A DNA stretch of 63,993 nt, counting the filler, from Basidiobolus ranarum (Eukaryota): the NCBI GenBank assembly GCA_040143965.1. It is 5 parts of 5 records of this genome, joined end to end, with 100 filler letters (N's around TTAATTAATTAA, not from the genome) between each part and the next. Parts side by side here need not be neighbours in the genome. Positions count along the whole stretch, not along the records: positions 39,583 to 52,636 come from JASJQH010007381.1; positions 52,737 to 63,993 come from JASJQH010007502.1; 3 more parts are not named here. One strand, written 5' to 3'. This document shows positions 48,140 to 60,439 of this stretch, piece by piece (positions within the stretch are counted from its first letter, which is position 1; the number at the start of each line of letters is the position of its first letter). Made by a program: the position numbers and the translations under genes. The notes beneath the pieces are model-generated. The model was given only the letters and a program-made list of their open reading frames with translations, ran no database searches and was not told the DNA's origin.

Positions 48140-48999
48140 TCACATCTCAAAATTCCACACTTTCTCTTCGCCAGTAGATAGATGTTCGGTACTACCATTA
48201 GTCTCCAACTTCCACGTGTTATCTGATTGCAAGGATACTTTGGTTAGACTGCATGCAGCAACTCTAATCTCTGCCTCTCGATTCTTCAGCACTGCTCTAG
48301 CAGCAGCAATAGTGGATGCTCCATGACATACTAAAAGTATCGTATCAATATCAGAATTATTTTTGATAAGGCAGTCAACGGTAAGTTCCAAGCGATCATG
48401 ACACTCTTCAATGGTTTCCCGAACTTTCGTAGGTCGTGTAATAGCCGAATAATTTTTATCTAGACGAGGGAAAAACGTATGTAATACTTCTAAAGTAGCT
48501 GGTTGTGGTAAGAAATCCCTTCCACGTCCGTACCATTCACTACAAACATATACATAAAGTTAGAAAAATTCTTGAAATGCTGCCCATCAATATTTTGCAT
48601 AGGAAGTGTCTCGAGTGGGTGTAAAGCTTCCTTTCTAGTATTAACTTTTATAAAGAGGGGTGTTTACCTGAGACCATGCTCAACTTGAATGGGTAAGTTC
48701 ACTTGAGGATGTTCTGCTATTATGTTCGCCGTTTCCATAGTACGATAGAAAGGTGAAGAAAAAATTTTATCGACTTTTAGGTGATTTTTCGTCATATAAT
48801 CTACCAATTCTTCCACTTGCTTCACTCCTTTCTTGGCCAAAGGTGGGTCATAATTGAAGCCAGTATGATAGACAAATGGCTCATCTACCCAGTCAGCTCT
48901 GAATCCATGCTATATAGGGTAAATAGATCAGCATATGAAAACAAAATATACAGAAAATTGAGGAATACATACACGAACGATGTAAATAACTTTAACCAT
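48140..48999 (-). CDS. Histidine phosphatase / phosphoglycerate mutase-like protein, 2 introns
   Basis: MVKVIYIVR|HGFRADW (RHG motif split by an intron), DPPLAKKG, IFSSPFYRTMETA, EHGLSEWY, ILLVCHGAS. Confidence 0.88.
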
Positions 49000-49536
49000 A
49001 TGCTACTGAAATTAGGTGAAAGGGAAAGATAGAGTATCTATTTCGGCAAGTATCTTTACAACCCTTAATACAAGACCTAGTCAGTCACGTAAACATCAAA
49101 AATTGATTTTCTCTGGATCTTAACTTCCAATGGGCGGAGAGGAGTCTAGTAGTCGAATCGTGGCACTCGGTAAATTCAAATAGATACGGATGCACTCAAT
49201 TTGTTCACTATCATATGTATACTGAAGAATGGCCTATGGGAGGGTGTTGTTGACTATCTATTTCCAATAAAATGAAATTCAAGCCACAGCCGATTTAGTG
49301 TGATTGATACTGTATCATATCGAAGCATAATATCCAAGAACATCAATAACAATAGTGTATCGATTAGTAGTTTATAATTGATATTTACAAGTTTCCTTGA
49401 CATTGAAAAAAGCACGATAACTATTGAAAAGTACAACTTCAAAGAAACTTGGGCAATAAGTTGTGAAGTGAATAAACATATAATAACGACATTCTTTGTG
49501 GCTTAAGAGGATGGTTGAACCAGATAATTCCGGCTA

Positions 49537-50082
49537 TTATTTGACTGGTGTGAGTGTCAGGTATGGCTTGGAATCTTGATCATCAATCGCCTCAAAGCCC
49601 AGATTGAATTGACAGCCTTTCTCGTGAAAGAAATCTTCATTCCACCAATTGAGAACTTGTTCGGCTTTCGTGATTTGTGTGCGTTCACTAGTCAACGACG
49701 GGCGACGAGTACCGTAGGTGTGCGAATGGGAGAGCTTACGATTAAGTGTTTTGGGGTCCTTGAATGCTGGAAGTTCACTTAGAGCTGCATTCAATGCCTG
49801 AATGAACCGGGACCAGAAAGGGGCTGGAATATCGTAGTCCTGTAAAAGCTCTGATGGATAGCTAGGATCGAGTCCAGCGACGGCTAGAGAGGCAGATCGG
49901 ACCTTTCTTCTTTGTTTACGTTCCATTGGGCTCATGTCTTCTAATTCACGTTCATCAGCAGAGTCCTCAACTAGTTCCTTGTTAGTGGCTGACCACACGT
50001 GGATTGGTTTAGGAGAGGTGGATATATTCACTTTGGCATCATCGTATTGACCAACAGCGGAGTCTAGCTTTAAAGGTTGCAT
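49537..50082 (-). CDS. Hypothetical protein, possibly with an ERF4/golgin A7-like domain
   Basis: Clean intronless 181-aa ORF with the pattern YPSELLQDYDIPAPFWSRFIQALN...LNWWNEDFFHEKG. The domain assignment is tentative. Confidence 0.65.
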   Translation of the reverse strand: MQPLKLDSAVGQYDDAKVNISTSPKPIHVWSATNKELVEDSADERELEDMSPMERKQRRKVRSASLAVAGLDPSYPSELLQDYDIPAPFWSRFIQALNAALSELPAFKDPKTLNRKLSHSHTYGTRRPSLTSERTQITKAEQVLNWWNEDFFHEKGCQFNLGFEAIDDQDSKPYLTLTPVK

Positions 50083-52636
50083 GATAAAAAATCAAGTGGA
50101 GAAAGAGAGGCTTTAAACGGATCTTGTAGTAAAAATAGAGGAAGAAATTAATGCAAAACTATGATTACAATGCAGCAACTCAGCTGACAAAAAATGAGTA
50201 ATGGGTGATATTTTAATGCCCACATAACCGTCCTTATAAAGGATGTGGAGCATATGTAAACGAATGCTGTTTTACAGCGGTGGGCCTGGATGCCCTGGAA
50301 CAAGCATCTAAACGCCTTGTCTCTTACGGATAGTTTTGATCATTTTTCATTTGTTTCACCTCATGACAGTCACTCCTATATTAAGTGGTTGGTGGAGGTC
50401 ATGTGATAGGTAGAAGATCGTTCAAGAGCTTGTAGAATAAGGGATGTTTGTCAGGTGATAGATGAGTGGTCAAGTTTTGAATAACTCGTTTGAGTATGTC
50501 TTGTAGCTGAATCCGATGATGAAGAGTGATTGTTTGCGCTTGTTCAAACCAACCCACTCTTGCTCAGCAACCCACCTGACTTGAGTACCAAAGGTGCTAG
50601 AACGACTCGGATTCTCCGTAGGCCCAAATGGTGTGTACATATTCTATTGAGGACCTGCTGTTGTCTGGAGGAGGATTGGCAGGTGGTTAGTGGTAAGCGG
50701 TGATCTTGCTCATTGGTGTCACCGCTTCTGAGGCCGTATTTGTTGTGATTTCTACACCAATGCATCAGAGATACGGTGTTTGTCGCTGTTTTTTGGATTG
50801 CACTCCCTTGATTCACTTAGTAGGTACACCGGGGTTATGGAGAATGGGCAATGGGCAATGGATAGATTACGGATATTGTATAGCTGTGCTGTGCTGTGCA
50901 CCCCTTGCATAAATACAATCCTACATTCAATCTGATACTCTACAAACATATGTATTGCGGTATTGCCATATTGCCATATCGGTAGCATTCTTTCATTCAG
51001 ATTGGGAAGAATTACCAAGCAAAACAATATTGCCTAGAAATGCCAAAAGCACCCACATGTTCCGCTCACTACTTGACCGAAAAGACGGTTTACGCCTATA
51101 ATCCACTGTCAACCGATCCCAGCTAATCGACAGTTGGTGAAGACGTCCACAAAAGTTAGGAACAATAATCATCGCGTATCCATCAGGTCTATTCAAGAAT
51201 TGTGAATAGTAACCTTGTGAAATATAGAACGACAACTTCATCAAAATAATGAAAGATCGGCTCTTCTCTGTGTAGAACTGATAAACCAAGTTGAAAGACT
51301 GACAATCCATTAGATCCTTACCATAATCAGTTCCATTTTTCCAAACTGCGTCACTCACTATGAATTCGTTATCTGACAATAACTTTCAATTGACTATGAT
51401 TGTAATATTGATTACGTTAATCCCGTTCATTGAGGTACTTATCACCAACCGAACCTGTATTGATCAAGTAATAATCAATTGCCAATATCTCTTCTGGACT
51501 AATTTAAAGATACTCTATAATAGGCGGAGCCGGCATCTCCAGAGAATGCTCTCCTTACTGGGAGGTAGAGATGGCTGATTTTCAGTATTACTGACGGGGA
51601 TTATATCTTTGTGATCTTCTAACTCATGCTTTTGGTTTATCCTCCCCGACTCTTCTTCCTCGAGTTGGTAAATAAAGCCTAGTTAGTTCCTGACAATTGC
51701 AATGGCTTTCATGGATTTGTGTGCTTTGGATATCCTTTGAGAATGAAAGAAAAAGTGCAATTGGCTCAAAGTAGATAATAGCTTTGGGGTTTGCCAAAGT
51801 TCGCAACTGGGTTCAGATTAAGAAAAGTCCATTATTTCTATCAGTATTCCATATGTTATTTTCACGACCCAGCCAGCGTACACCACTCCAATAGGTTTAC
51901 AAATATAGTATTCCCTTGAGTACCGAGCAGTAGGGATAGGGCCATTGCTTTCTTTTCAATAGGACGGGAAGAGCCAGGAAAAAACTGCACTTGCTCGTGT
52001 ATCGAGCATTAAAGCATACTGGCAAATAGACGTAAAACCAAGTAAATATCGAGTTGGGTAGTACTATAGTAGTATGAATTTAGTAACCAGGAGTGGACGA
52101 GTATACTCTTGACAAACTTTCACGGTTATTCTTTTAAAGGCCTGGTTTAACATGATAATAGGGATAGGGATGGTATTAGGTTCATTGTATAAGAATAACT
52201 AAACCAGATTCCAGAATTTTGTCGATTCTTAGTTTAGAAGAAAGATTAGTTTTATTTGAATCTATATCTTTACTCCTACCTGATTGGTTTGGACTAGGGT
52301 TAACCTTAAGCCTGTTGTCATGTTGTACTCTTTCACACATTAATTATCTCGTTATCATATAATCCGCCACACTCAATGTTATCATTGTGGACACAATGCC
52401 ACCACAGAACCAGAATTAATAAGCATTCCAATAAATGAATAATTCCACGCTATTGCGATGATATCGGGTAATAGGCAACTAGATGTTATATTCATTGGCA
52501 ATACTAAACCTATTTTAGGGTATGATTGGATGAGTTTTACTTAAAGGAACCTATCTCGAAGATTTTCTTACTAGATTCTGTTTACAAACGTACTTGTGTG
52601 AAAAATATCCATAAATCTAGCCTAAGTAACATGATA

Positions 52637-52736
52637 NNNNNNNNNNNNNNNNNNNNNNNNNNNNNNNNNNNNNNNNNNNNTTAATTAATTAANNNNNNNN
52701 NNNNNNNNNNNNNNNNNNNNNNNNNNNNNNNNNNNN
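52637..52736. other. Artificial contig spacer
   Basis: N44-TTAATTAATTAA-N44. Confidence 0.98.
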
Positions 52737-54313
52737 TGGACCATGCCTTCACAATGGTCATGGCGGTAAGAGTAACCTCGCAACTGAAGCCGTACTCTGC
52801 TTGCCCTTGGAATTTCTGAATTCTAATGAAATGGTACTGTCAATCCTAATACTGCATTGGGTTCACAAGAAATAGACTCTTACTTCCAAATGATACAGTT
52901 CTCAGCAGGAACATATTTAGCTTTTCCAGCGCTCACTCGAATGTTGGTTCCGGCAGTATTCAGTGGGGTTGGGATCTTCAGTACCACATTGTTAGCATAG
53001 AGCTTTGGGGAGAAGTTGGCTTTGACTTGAATCTTATACTCCACTCTGGTTTTTCCCATTTCGTTCACTACAGGGTGGACTTTGAAAGGTAGGTTGACGT
53101 TTTCGGTAGTACGATATCTAAATCCATAAGATCAGTACTAGCAACTCTTAGTCCAAGCTTGACTGCTTACTCACCTCATCAATTCAAATTCACCATCCGG
53201 TGGAATAAAACTAATGCTTCGATCGCTATTGAATTTCCCCAACTTTACGCATTGATGGAATTGATAGTCATCGATGGCAACAGCATTTGCACGTCGTGGA
53301 GTTCTACAGTTTCAAACATCAGTATTAAGGTTTGGGTTGCATATTAAATTGATGGTCTTACGAGCCCCCTCTGCTGTGCGAATCTTTGTCTAAAAGAATT
53401 TTGTCGTTGAGGCCAAATTTACATTCGGGAGTTCCCGACAAATAGGCGCGCATTACAATTTGCCCTGCCACGTCGGCCCTCAATACGGTCCCTATTCATA
53501 GTGTCAGATATTTACTCGGACGGATGCATAATATTACAGATTTTACAATACCCTTGTTGCTCATCAAAAGATTAACACTTTCAATTACATCTATAAATGC
53601 TTCGTTCTTACGATATTTGATGTCTGCACGACGCCATGATGTGGCTCCTGTTGCTTGGATGGTAATTTTAGAAGAATCCACTTTCTACTCAGATAAATTT
53701 AAAAAGGTCAAATCTATGCTTCGTACAGGTCTTGTAAACATATAAAGCCACATACCACGGCACGCTCGGATTTAACACCCTCAGTGGTAATGTACATTTT
53801 TAAAGTTTCTGGTTCACTGTTCTGTGGATACCCAAAGTCGAGAATCTCTAATGTGGAGTGAAACTGAATTAGTAGGGTGTTCATCTACAAAATATTCATG
53901 AAGTGCGGCCATTTCATACCATCTAGTAATTCATAAATGAGTACAAAATTGTTTTTCACCGATTCTTCATCGAATTTTCCAAAATATGCTCTTCCAATAT
54001 TGACCATTCGGTAGCATACTTCGAAGATGAGCGCTGCATTTGCATTCCACTTGGTGACTGCTACAAGGTACAAATTTTCATGTCTTACGTGGAAGAAGGA
54101 AGTAGAACCGAGAGTTATAATAGGTGAACGAACATCTGTGTTTGAGATGACTTGTATGCGAAAGACATCTGCCACTGAACGTCTAAAACCATTGTTTAGC
54201 TTCGAATAATACTAAGGAAACAGTGAAAATAAAACTTACTTCAAGTCTTGACGATATAGTCGGGAAATTAGCACTTCACCTTTTTGATTATAAATGAAAA
54301 ATGCGCTTATCAT
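52737..54313 (-). CDS. APM4: AP-2 clathrin adaptor mu subunit, 3'-truncated, multi-exon
   Basis: [88 protein letters not shown]. Confidence 0.94.
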
Positions 54314-55146
54314 TTTATACTTGACTAAGATAAGTTAAAGAAAAGCGTCTACCAGGACAATTTCTTAAATTGTCACTTGTACCGAAACCAGTTAACACAT
54401 TGTGCTTATCGATCAATTCCATTGAATTAAATTAATTGATCGTATTTTGACGACGGGGATTTATTCATAGAGCTCTATTCTATTGGAGCTAAAACCCAAT
54501 CTTTTTGTGGCTCCTTCTGCTCCGATAAGCAAGTGCTAGAGTATGCACGGTGTGTTATTTATAACCCCAAACATTCACTGAAAACCATCATAATTGATTA
54601 TAAATGTCAACCAAAATGCTTCAACTTAAAGATAGGCTTAGCACTCTGATTTAGTATCGATGTAAGTATCAATTTGGCTTTCGCACTCTATAAATTGGCA
54701 CCACCAAGTGGTACTGTTAATGACCTACTGACCAGCCTTGAGATATCTCAAAGTTTGACTCGATAGAGATGTTTCATTATTTCAAAAGCGTGTTTACAGT
54801 GCAAGATAGACAAAGCTTGGCTTAATTGTTGAATAACCTCAACACTTTCCATAGTATGTGGAGTACAACTGTGTTCTCAGTGTATGTTCTCAAATTACGT
54901 TATTCGCTCGTCTATCTAGCAGTAAATTTAGCCACTTGGGTAGTATAATATTGATAGCATTAAGATTTAACGTCAAACTGATTGAAAATTTAATATTGAA
55001 ATTAATTTTATTATTATTAACTAAATGCAGTCAAAGCTTATAGCTCAGCTTACCAGTCTTGATTTTAGAATATGAAAAGAATAATCGCTTGACATGTCAA
55101 GTAACTATTGAATGGGGCAAATTGAGATAGCTGTATTTGGATCAAA

Positions 55147-56328
55147 TTACAAAATAGGACGTTTGCAACAGTAGCCATATTGAGTGGGCCAGCTAATGTC
55201 AACTCCTAAATCGTGGGCAGCATCAAGAGTCCAAGAAGTATTTCGTAGCAACTGACGACCCAAAAGCACAATATCTGCTTGATTCTTTTCTATGATATCG
55301 TTTGCTTGATGGGCGTCAGTAATTAAGCCAACCGCACCTGTCAAAAGCCCAGGCACTTCAGATTTAACTTTTTCAGCAAAAGGTATTTGGTATCCAGGAG
55401 CAACGGGAATTTTTTGGCCAACCAAGTTACCACCAGTAGAGCAATCCAGCAGATCAACACCAAGTGAGAAAAGTCTTTTTGAAAATTCAACAGTATCTTC
55501 GATTGACCAGCCTTCTGCAACCCATTCAACACAAGATATACGGAAGAAAAGTGGCTTCTCCTCGGGCCAAACCTGACGAACTGCTTGAACAATTTCTAAG
55601 GGAAGTCGAATCCGGTTTTCAAAACTTCCACCATACTCATCACTGCGTTGATTAGACACTGGAGAGAGGAACTGATTGAGCAAATATCCATGAGCCCCGT
55701 GGATTTCAAGGACATCATATCCAACCTTATCAGCACGTATAGTCGAATCGACAAAAGCCTGTCTTAAAGTAGCTATGTCTCCAATAGTCATTTCATGTGG
55801 ACATATCCACCCCTCATTCCATTTTATGGGAGAAGGCGCCCAAACATCTTCCCAACCACCCTGTTCGGGAGTAATAGTAGCTCTCTCCGTTTTGTTGGTA
55901 GTATAAGGAGCGGGTGTTGAGGCTTTTCGACCGGCATGGCCTATTTGAATTCCAGCTAATGAACCAGCATTATGGATGTAATCCACAATACGCCTCATTT
56001 GTACCATATGTTCATCCTTCCAGAGACCAGTACAAACAGGGCTGATGCGACCGTTAGGAAGTACCGCAGTCGCCTCCACAATAATTAAACCAACACCGTA
56101 GTTGGCATACTGGCCCAAATGAACAAGATGGAAGTCATTCATAAAACCATCTTCAGCCGAGAACGTACACATAGGTGATACTACTACTCGATTTTTTAAC
56201 GTTACGGAGCGTATACGTAATGAGTGAAAAAGTCCAGGTATTTTCTTTTCGAAAGTAGGCATCACAGTACCAGGTGAAGGCTGAGCCTTTTGACGAAATA
56301 CAGTGTTTTCAGGTTGAATGATGGTCAT
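55147..56328 (-). CDS. NADH:flavin oxidoreductase / Old Yellow Enzyme, YqjM(NamA)-like, intronless
   Basis: NRVVVSPMC, QIGHAGRKAS, EIHGAHGYLLNQFLSP, NQRSDEYGGSFENR, PGYQIPFA. First ATG at 56328. Confidence 0.93.
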   Translation of the reverse strand: MTIIQPENTVFRQKAQPSPGTVMPTFEKKIPGLFHSLRIRSVTLKNRVVVSPMCTFSAEDGFMNDFHLVHLGQYANYGVGLIIVEATAVLPNGRISPVCTGLWKDEHMVQMRRIVDYIHNAGSLAGIQIGHAGRKASTPAPYTTNKTERATITPEQGGWEDVWAPSPIKWNEGWICPHEMTIGDIATLRQAFVDSTIRADKVGYDVLEIHGAHGYLLNQFLSPVSNQRSDEYGGSFENRIRLPLEIVQAVRQVWPEEKPLFFRISCVEWVAEGWSIEDTVEFSKRLFSLGVDLLDCSTGGNLVGQKIPVAPGYQIPFAEKVKSEVPGLLTGAVGLITDAHQANDIIEKNQADIVLLGRQLLRNTSWTLDAAHDLGVDISWPTQYGYCCKRPIL

Positions 56329-58259
56329 GATGGTATAGTAGTGGAAAACGTTCAACGCCAAATGGAAATATGCCTCTTCAAGACAGAGTTAAGTTCCTTT
56401 GGCTCTTTTCCCTGAGCTGGGTGTATGTTTCCATTACAGATAACGATTGAAGTGGTGTAAGCTATCTTGTAATCAATTGGCTGATCTTATTCTCTTGTTA
56501 GGAAATGTAACCATCTCTGAGTTAATCACGTCCAGAGAAATCTTGTTTTCGAAATACAAATTAAGAGGAAGCTCTTTCTCATCCAATAGATGAATCCGCT
56601 GCACAATGATCGTGGGAAAGTGGGTCGATAAATAGGCTAGATTTCAAAATGGGGTTTAAACCCTTCAAATATCCATGTGACATGAGAATTTCCATTAAAA
56701 CCGAAATTCTGGTAAAATTGGATGGAGTATTGCATGAATAGGTGCTTGATGTGCAAGTCTTTAATGAAAGCGTCCAAGATCATCACGGGATACGCTATAA
56801 CGAAATCCTCTACACACCAACGTACGATGCATCCCATATCCCTGATTTCTATCTCACCTCAGTCCAATTTCAGTCGCTCCAGCAGCGCGCTTAGATAGGG
56901 AGAAGTATTCCGGATCCATTGAATCCCGTAATGATCAGACTTAGGCACGTCTTAATCAATGTCTTGGGCGACAGATAGAGCCTGCATTGTCCTAAATAGA
57001 GCTTTTCGCGACAGTAGGTCGTTAGTGAATTCACTACTTCGAGATGCTACTCTAGCTCAGTATACTTTTGGCCCAAAGTAGAGACAACCTGAACTCAGCG
57101 AACCACTCCCTGCAGCGTATTGCAGATGGTGCGTGCTCGTCCGTGTGCAGCATTCGACTGAAGAATCTACTGGGATCCCTTGTAGCCTTGACCAAGCCTG
57201 GTGGAATGGTTGGCATTGTTTAGTGAGAAAATAGGATGTGGCATCGAGATTCCAGACTAAAAGTTGGAAAATCTCAAAAATATGGCCAATGTATTGTGTG
57301 CTTGCTTCAAGTAAAATAGGATGAATGTACAACGGAAGCGAGTTACTCAGGTGCTTAATAATGCCCGAAGTGTTGAAGCGACTGACTAGTCTGATCTTGA
57401 CTCAGAGCTAGACAAATCTTAAGTGGCATTAGCATGAGAATCTCATATCTAAACATTCCTCCTATCCATTGTCGCCAGGAACATCTCGCGCTTTCAAGAT
57501 GATTTGTGATGTGCAGACCGTTGGATATTAATTCAAGAATCTGTGCAGGATGGACACTATGATCCGCTTAGGTGCTAACTCAAGATAGATTCCCATTCTA
57601 TCAATCGCGGAGAGTATTGGAGATACGACAGGTAATAGAAGCGTGCAACAAAAGAGAAAACCTCGTTTTAATGCAAATGTTGTTTCTCTTATTTTCCTTA
57701 GATGATAGCCAATTCACTTCAAGGATAATGTCAATTCTATTGCTACAAGCATGAAATGGCCCATTCTTTTTCGGTTGATTTCAACCACACTTAATATAAT
57801 AAAATTGATTGTGCACTTGTCTCCATTGACAGATCTTTGACTCTGAGCTGTGGAGCTACTATGTTTCCTCCATTTTAACCATTCACAATACGCTGAGGTT
57901 GGAGATTCGTGTAGTGATCCTAATATGCATCATTTGATTAGCGATGAATAGGGTACTGTGATGTATGTACCTCGCTCTCTCCTGAATCCAGGATGTCATT
58001 CTAGCGTTTGGGTTATGATCTTTTTTGTGGATTGTATATAACCTGAGTGAACTCCTAAGCGAGTCGCCTCAGAGACACTACACTCTAGAGAGCCTTTTCT
58101 CGGTTTCTTCTTGAAGCGTGTTATATTGGTTGATTCGGACTCCTTGCCCCTTATCCTAACAGGGAGTTTTACGTCCTTATTCACAGCATTTGAACTCCTT
58201 CAGGTGTTTCCTTCTTTAACTTCCCCAATCTTAACTGTCTCCTCGTATAAATTCACTAA

Positions 58260-58931
58260 ATGATGTCACAAACTTGGTTATCAGCCAAGTATCCACTATT
58301 ACCACAATTCTCTAAAAATAATATTCCTCTTCTGGCCAATTTTGTTGCTCATATGGTGCACCAGATGTGGCATCAGAAGGCGAACGTGAAAGTGGGAATA
58401 CCCAGTATAACGTTCCGAGATTTTTGCAAAGGGGTGATACTGCGGAGCGAGGCGAGCCCCTCTGTTATCTTTCTGGGTTTGAAATATGTCCAGCGATTAA
58501 CTAAGCATTGCCCAGACATTCGGGGAGAAGAAGGTTCCGAATGTCGACTATTCGTAATCTCCTTGATAATCTCCCATAAGATGTTGGAAGATTCTACATT
58601 TACAAATCAAACTTGGTCAGAGTTGACCCTTATTCCGGTTGAGGAGTTGAACCAGATGGAGGCAGAGTTTCTTCATTCTATTAAGTATCGTTTGCATATG
58701 CCTGAGGAGGAGTTCTCCCAGTGGTTGCTTTACATCGAACAGTTTATACGTCACCAAGAAATCTCATATTTAAACATAGTAGATCTACCTTTCTTAAACT
58801 CACAGAGACTAATTTGCTGCGACATCAAAAAGACCCCCACTCATAACCATCGCTCCTATTCTAATGTATATTCTGCGTGCTACTCAGTTCTTGGTTCTGA
58901 GCTATTCTCTCTCAGCCAGCAAGGAGTATGA
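58260..58931 (+). CDS. Pho80/Pcl/Clg1-type cyclin-domain protein
   Basis: VIFLGLKYVQRL, GSECRLFVISLIISHKMLEDSTFTNQTWSEL, ELNQMEAEFL. Confidence 0.88.
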   Translation: MMSQTWLSAKYPLLPQFSKNNIPLLANFVAHMVHQMWHQKANVKVGIPSITFRDFCKGVILRSEASPSVIFLGLKYVQRLTKHCPDIRGEEGSECRLFVISLIISHKMLEDSTFTNQTWSELTLIPVEELNQMEAEFLHSIKYRLHMPEEEFSQWLLYIEQFIRHQEISYLNIVDLPFLNSQRLICCDIKKTPTHNHRSYSNVYSACYSVLGSELFSLSQQGV

Positions 58932-60439
58932 CATGTGTCCCTGGAAACCTTTTGACAGCCATCAACGAAATATTCCAGTCCAAATACACCGTTGATAGTC
59001 ATACCTTTGGTAACGCTGATCTACTCTTTTACCACTTCCATTGCATACCACTCTAGGTTGGAAGCATGTGCACTGCTATCTAACGGAGTGGGTTATTGCG
59101 GAAGATGGAAAACAACAGCAAGGACCTTATAGATTGACTTCGAGCAACTCCCTCTCTCTCAATATAAAAACCACCCTTTACTAACTTCCTACTGTATATA
59201 AATATTAGTGAATTCTATTTTGTTTTTTTCCTTGAAAATAAACCGTAACTCCTCGCCGGTTCAACTCACTCCAACCGATAAACATAAACTATTCTACCTC
59301 AACATTGAATAGATAGTAAGGAATTATTCATTGGTGTCTGCTAATACAGGCACATAGAGAAACCACTTTTAGTTTATTCATAACTTCGGTTAGATCGGTA
59401 TTTTACCAAGTCTCCAAATGAGTACATATGAAGCAAGCAAGATCCCTATCAAAAGATAATTAATCCGGTGAATCCAGCTAATAACCTTATCTCCTCATCT
59501 CGGTCCCTTAATCATTAAAAATCTTTCATATACTTGAAGTGTTGTCCTGTTGATGGGACCATACAGGAATGTACGGGAAAGTGACCTTGAAATCGTCCAT
59601 AATCCAAAACCAATTGTGCAACCCAGATACATTGGGAAGTATGTGATTATGGGCACTATTACATGTCAATCGTTGGCTTTTCATTTTGAAGAGATAGAAA
59701 ATTCCGTAAGGTGAAGCACCAACCTTTCACTTGTATCAATATGTGAAATATCAATCAACAATGCTTCAATGGCCTTTACTCGACACATCTTCAATGGAGT
59801 CTGCATAGAAAGAACAATGATGATGCATGGATTCATGTATTCCATCATCATATCAGTTTGTGAATCCGCCCGGGTGAATTATTAGAGGGACCTGCAGGCA
59901 AATATGGTTGATTAATCAGGTGCCCTTTTTCGTTAGTCCATCATCCCCGCTAGTTCCCATTAGTAAATTACAATAACAATGGTATCATGATAACCCCGGT
60001 TAATCAATTAACACACTGTTACATCTATGGAAATAGACCTGATTTTCGTGATTTTGAGTTTGACTAAATCTTTGTCCACAAAACACCTTGAATAAAGTAC
60101 TGACCCAAGTCTACTTTGGCCCAATCAAGCAGCTCTAAAATGCCCACCATTTGATGGTTTGCCTCTAGAGACTAATATGGTTAGCAGTAGTCGATCAATG
60201 GTGTTATAATTCATTAGAATATGTCTATACTAAGAGTTGACTGATTTTGCCTCACTCCATTTACGTTGTTTCCATGACATTACAATGGACAAAGAAAGCA
60301 AAAGCAAGAATATTTTGAAGCAAGCGTGAAATCTAACTAACTTTGTGTTCAATTTGGGCTGGTATCTTGATCCTCCATTCTCGCTCCTCCGAAAAGGATA
60401 TAAAGTTCACTATCGGTCGGTATTTTCTCATTAACAATT

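Noticed and set aside
50544-51578. Cluster of short ORFs, with a faint Rab-GAP/TBC-like phrase in one minus-strand frame
   Set aside because: Mostly non-ATG starts with many stops; the resemblance is too weak to support.
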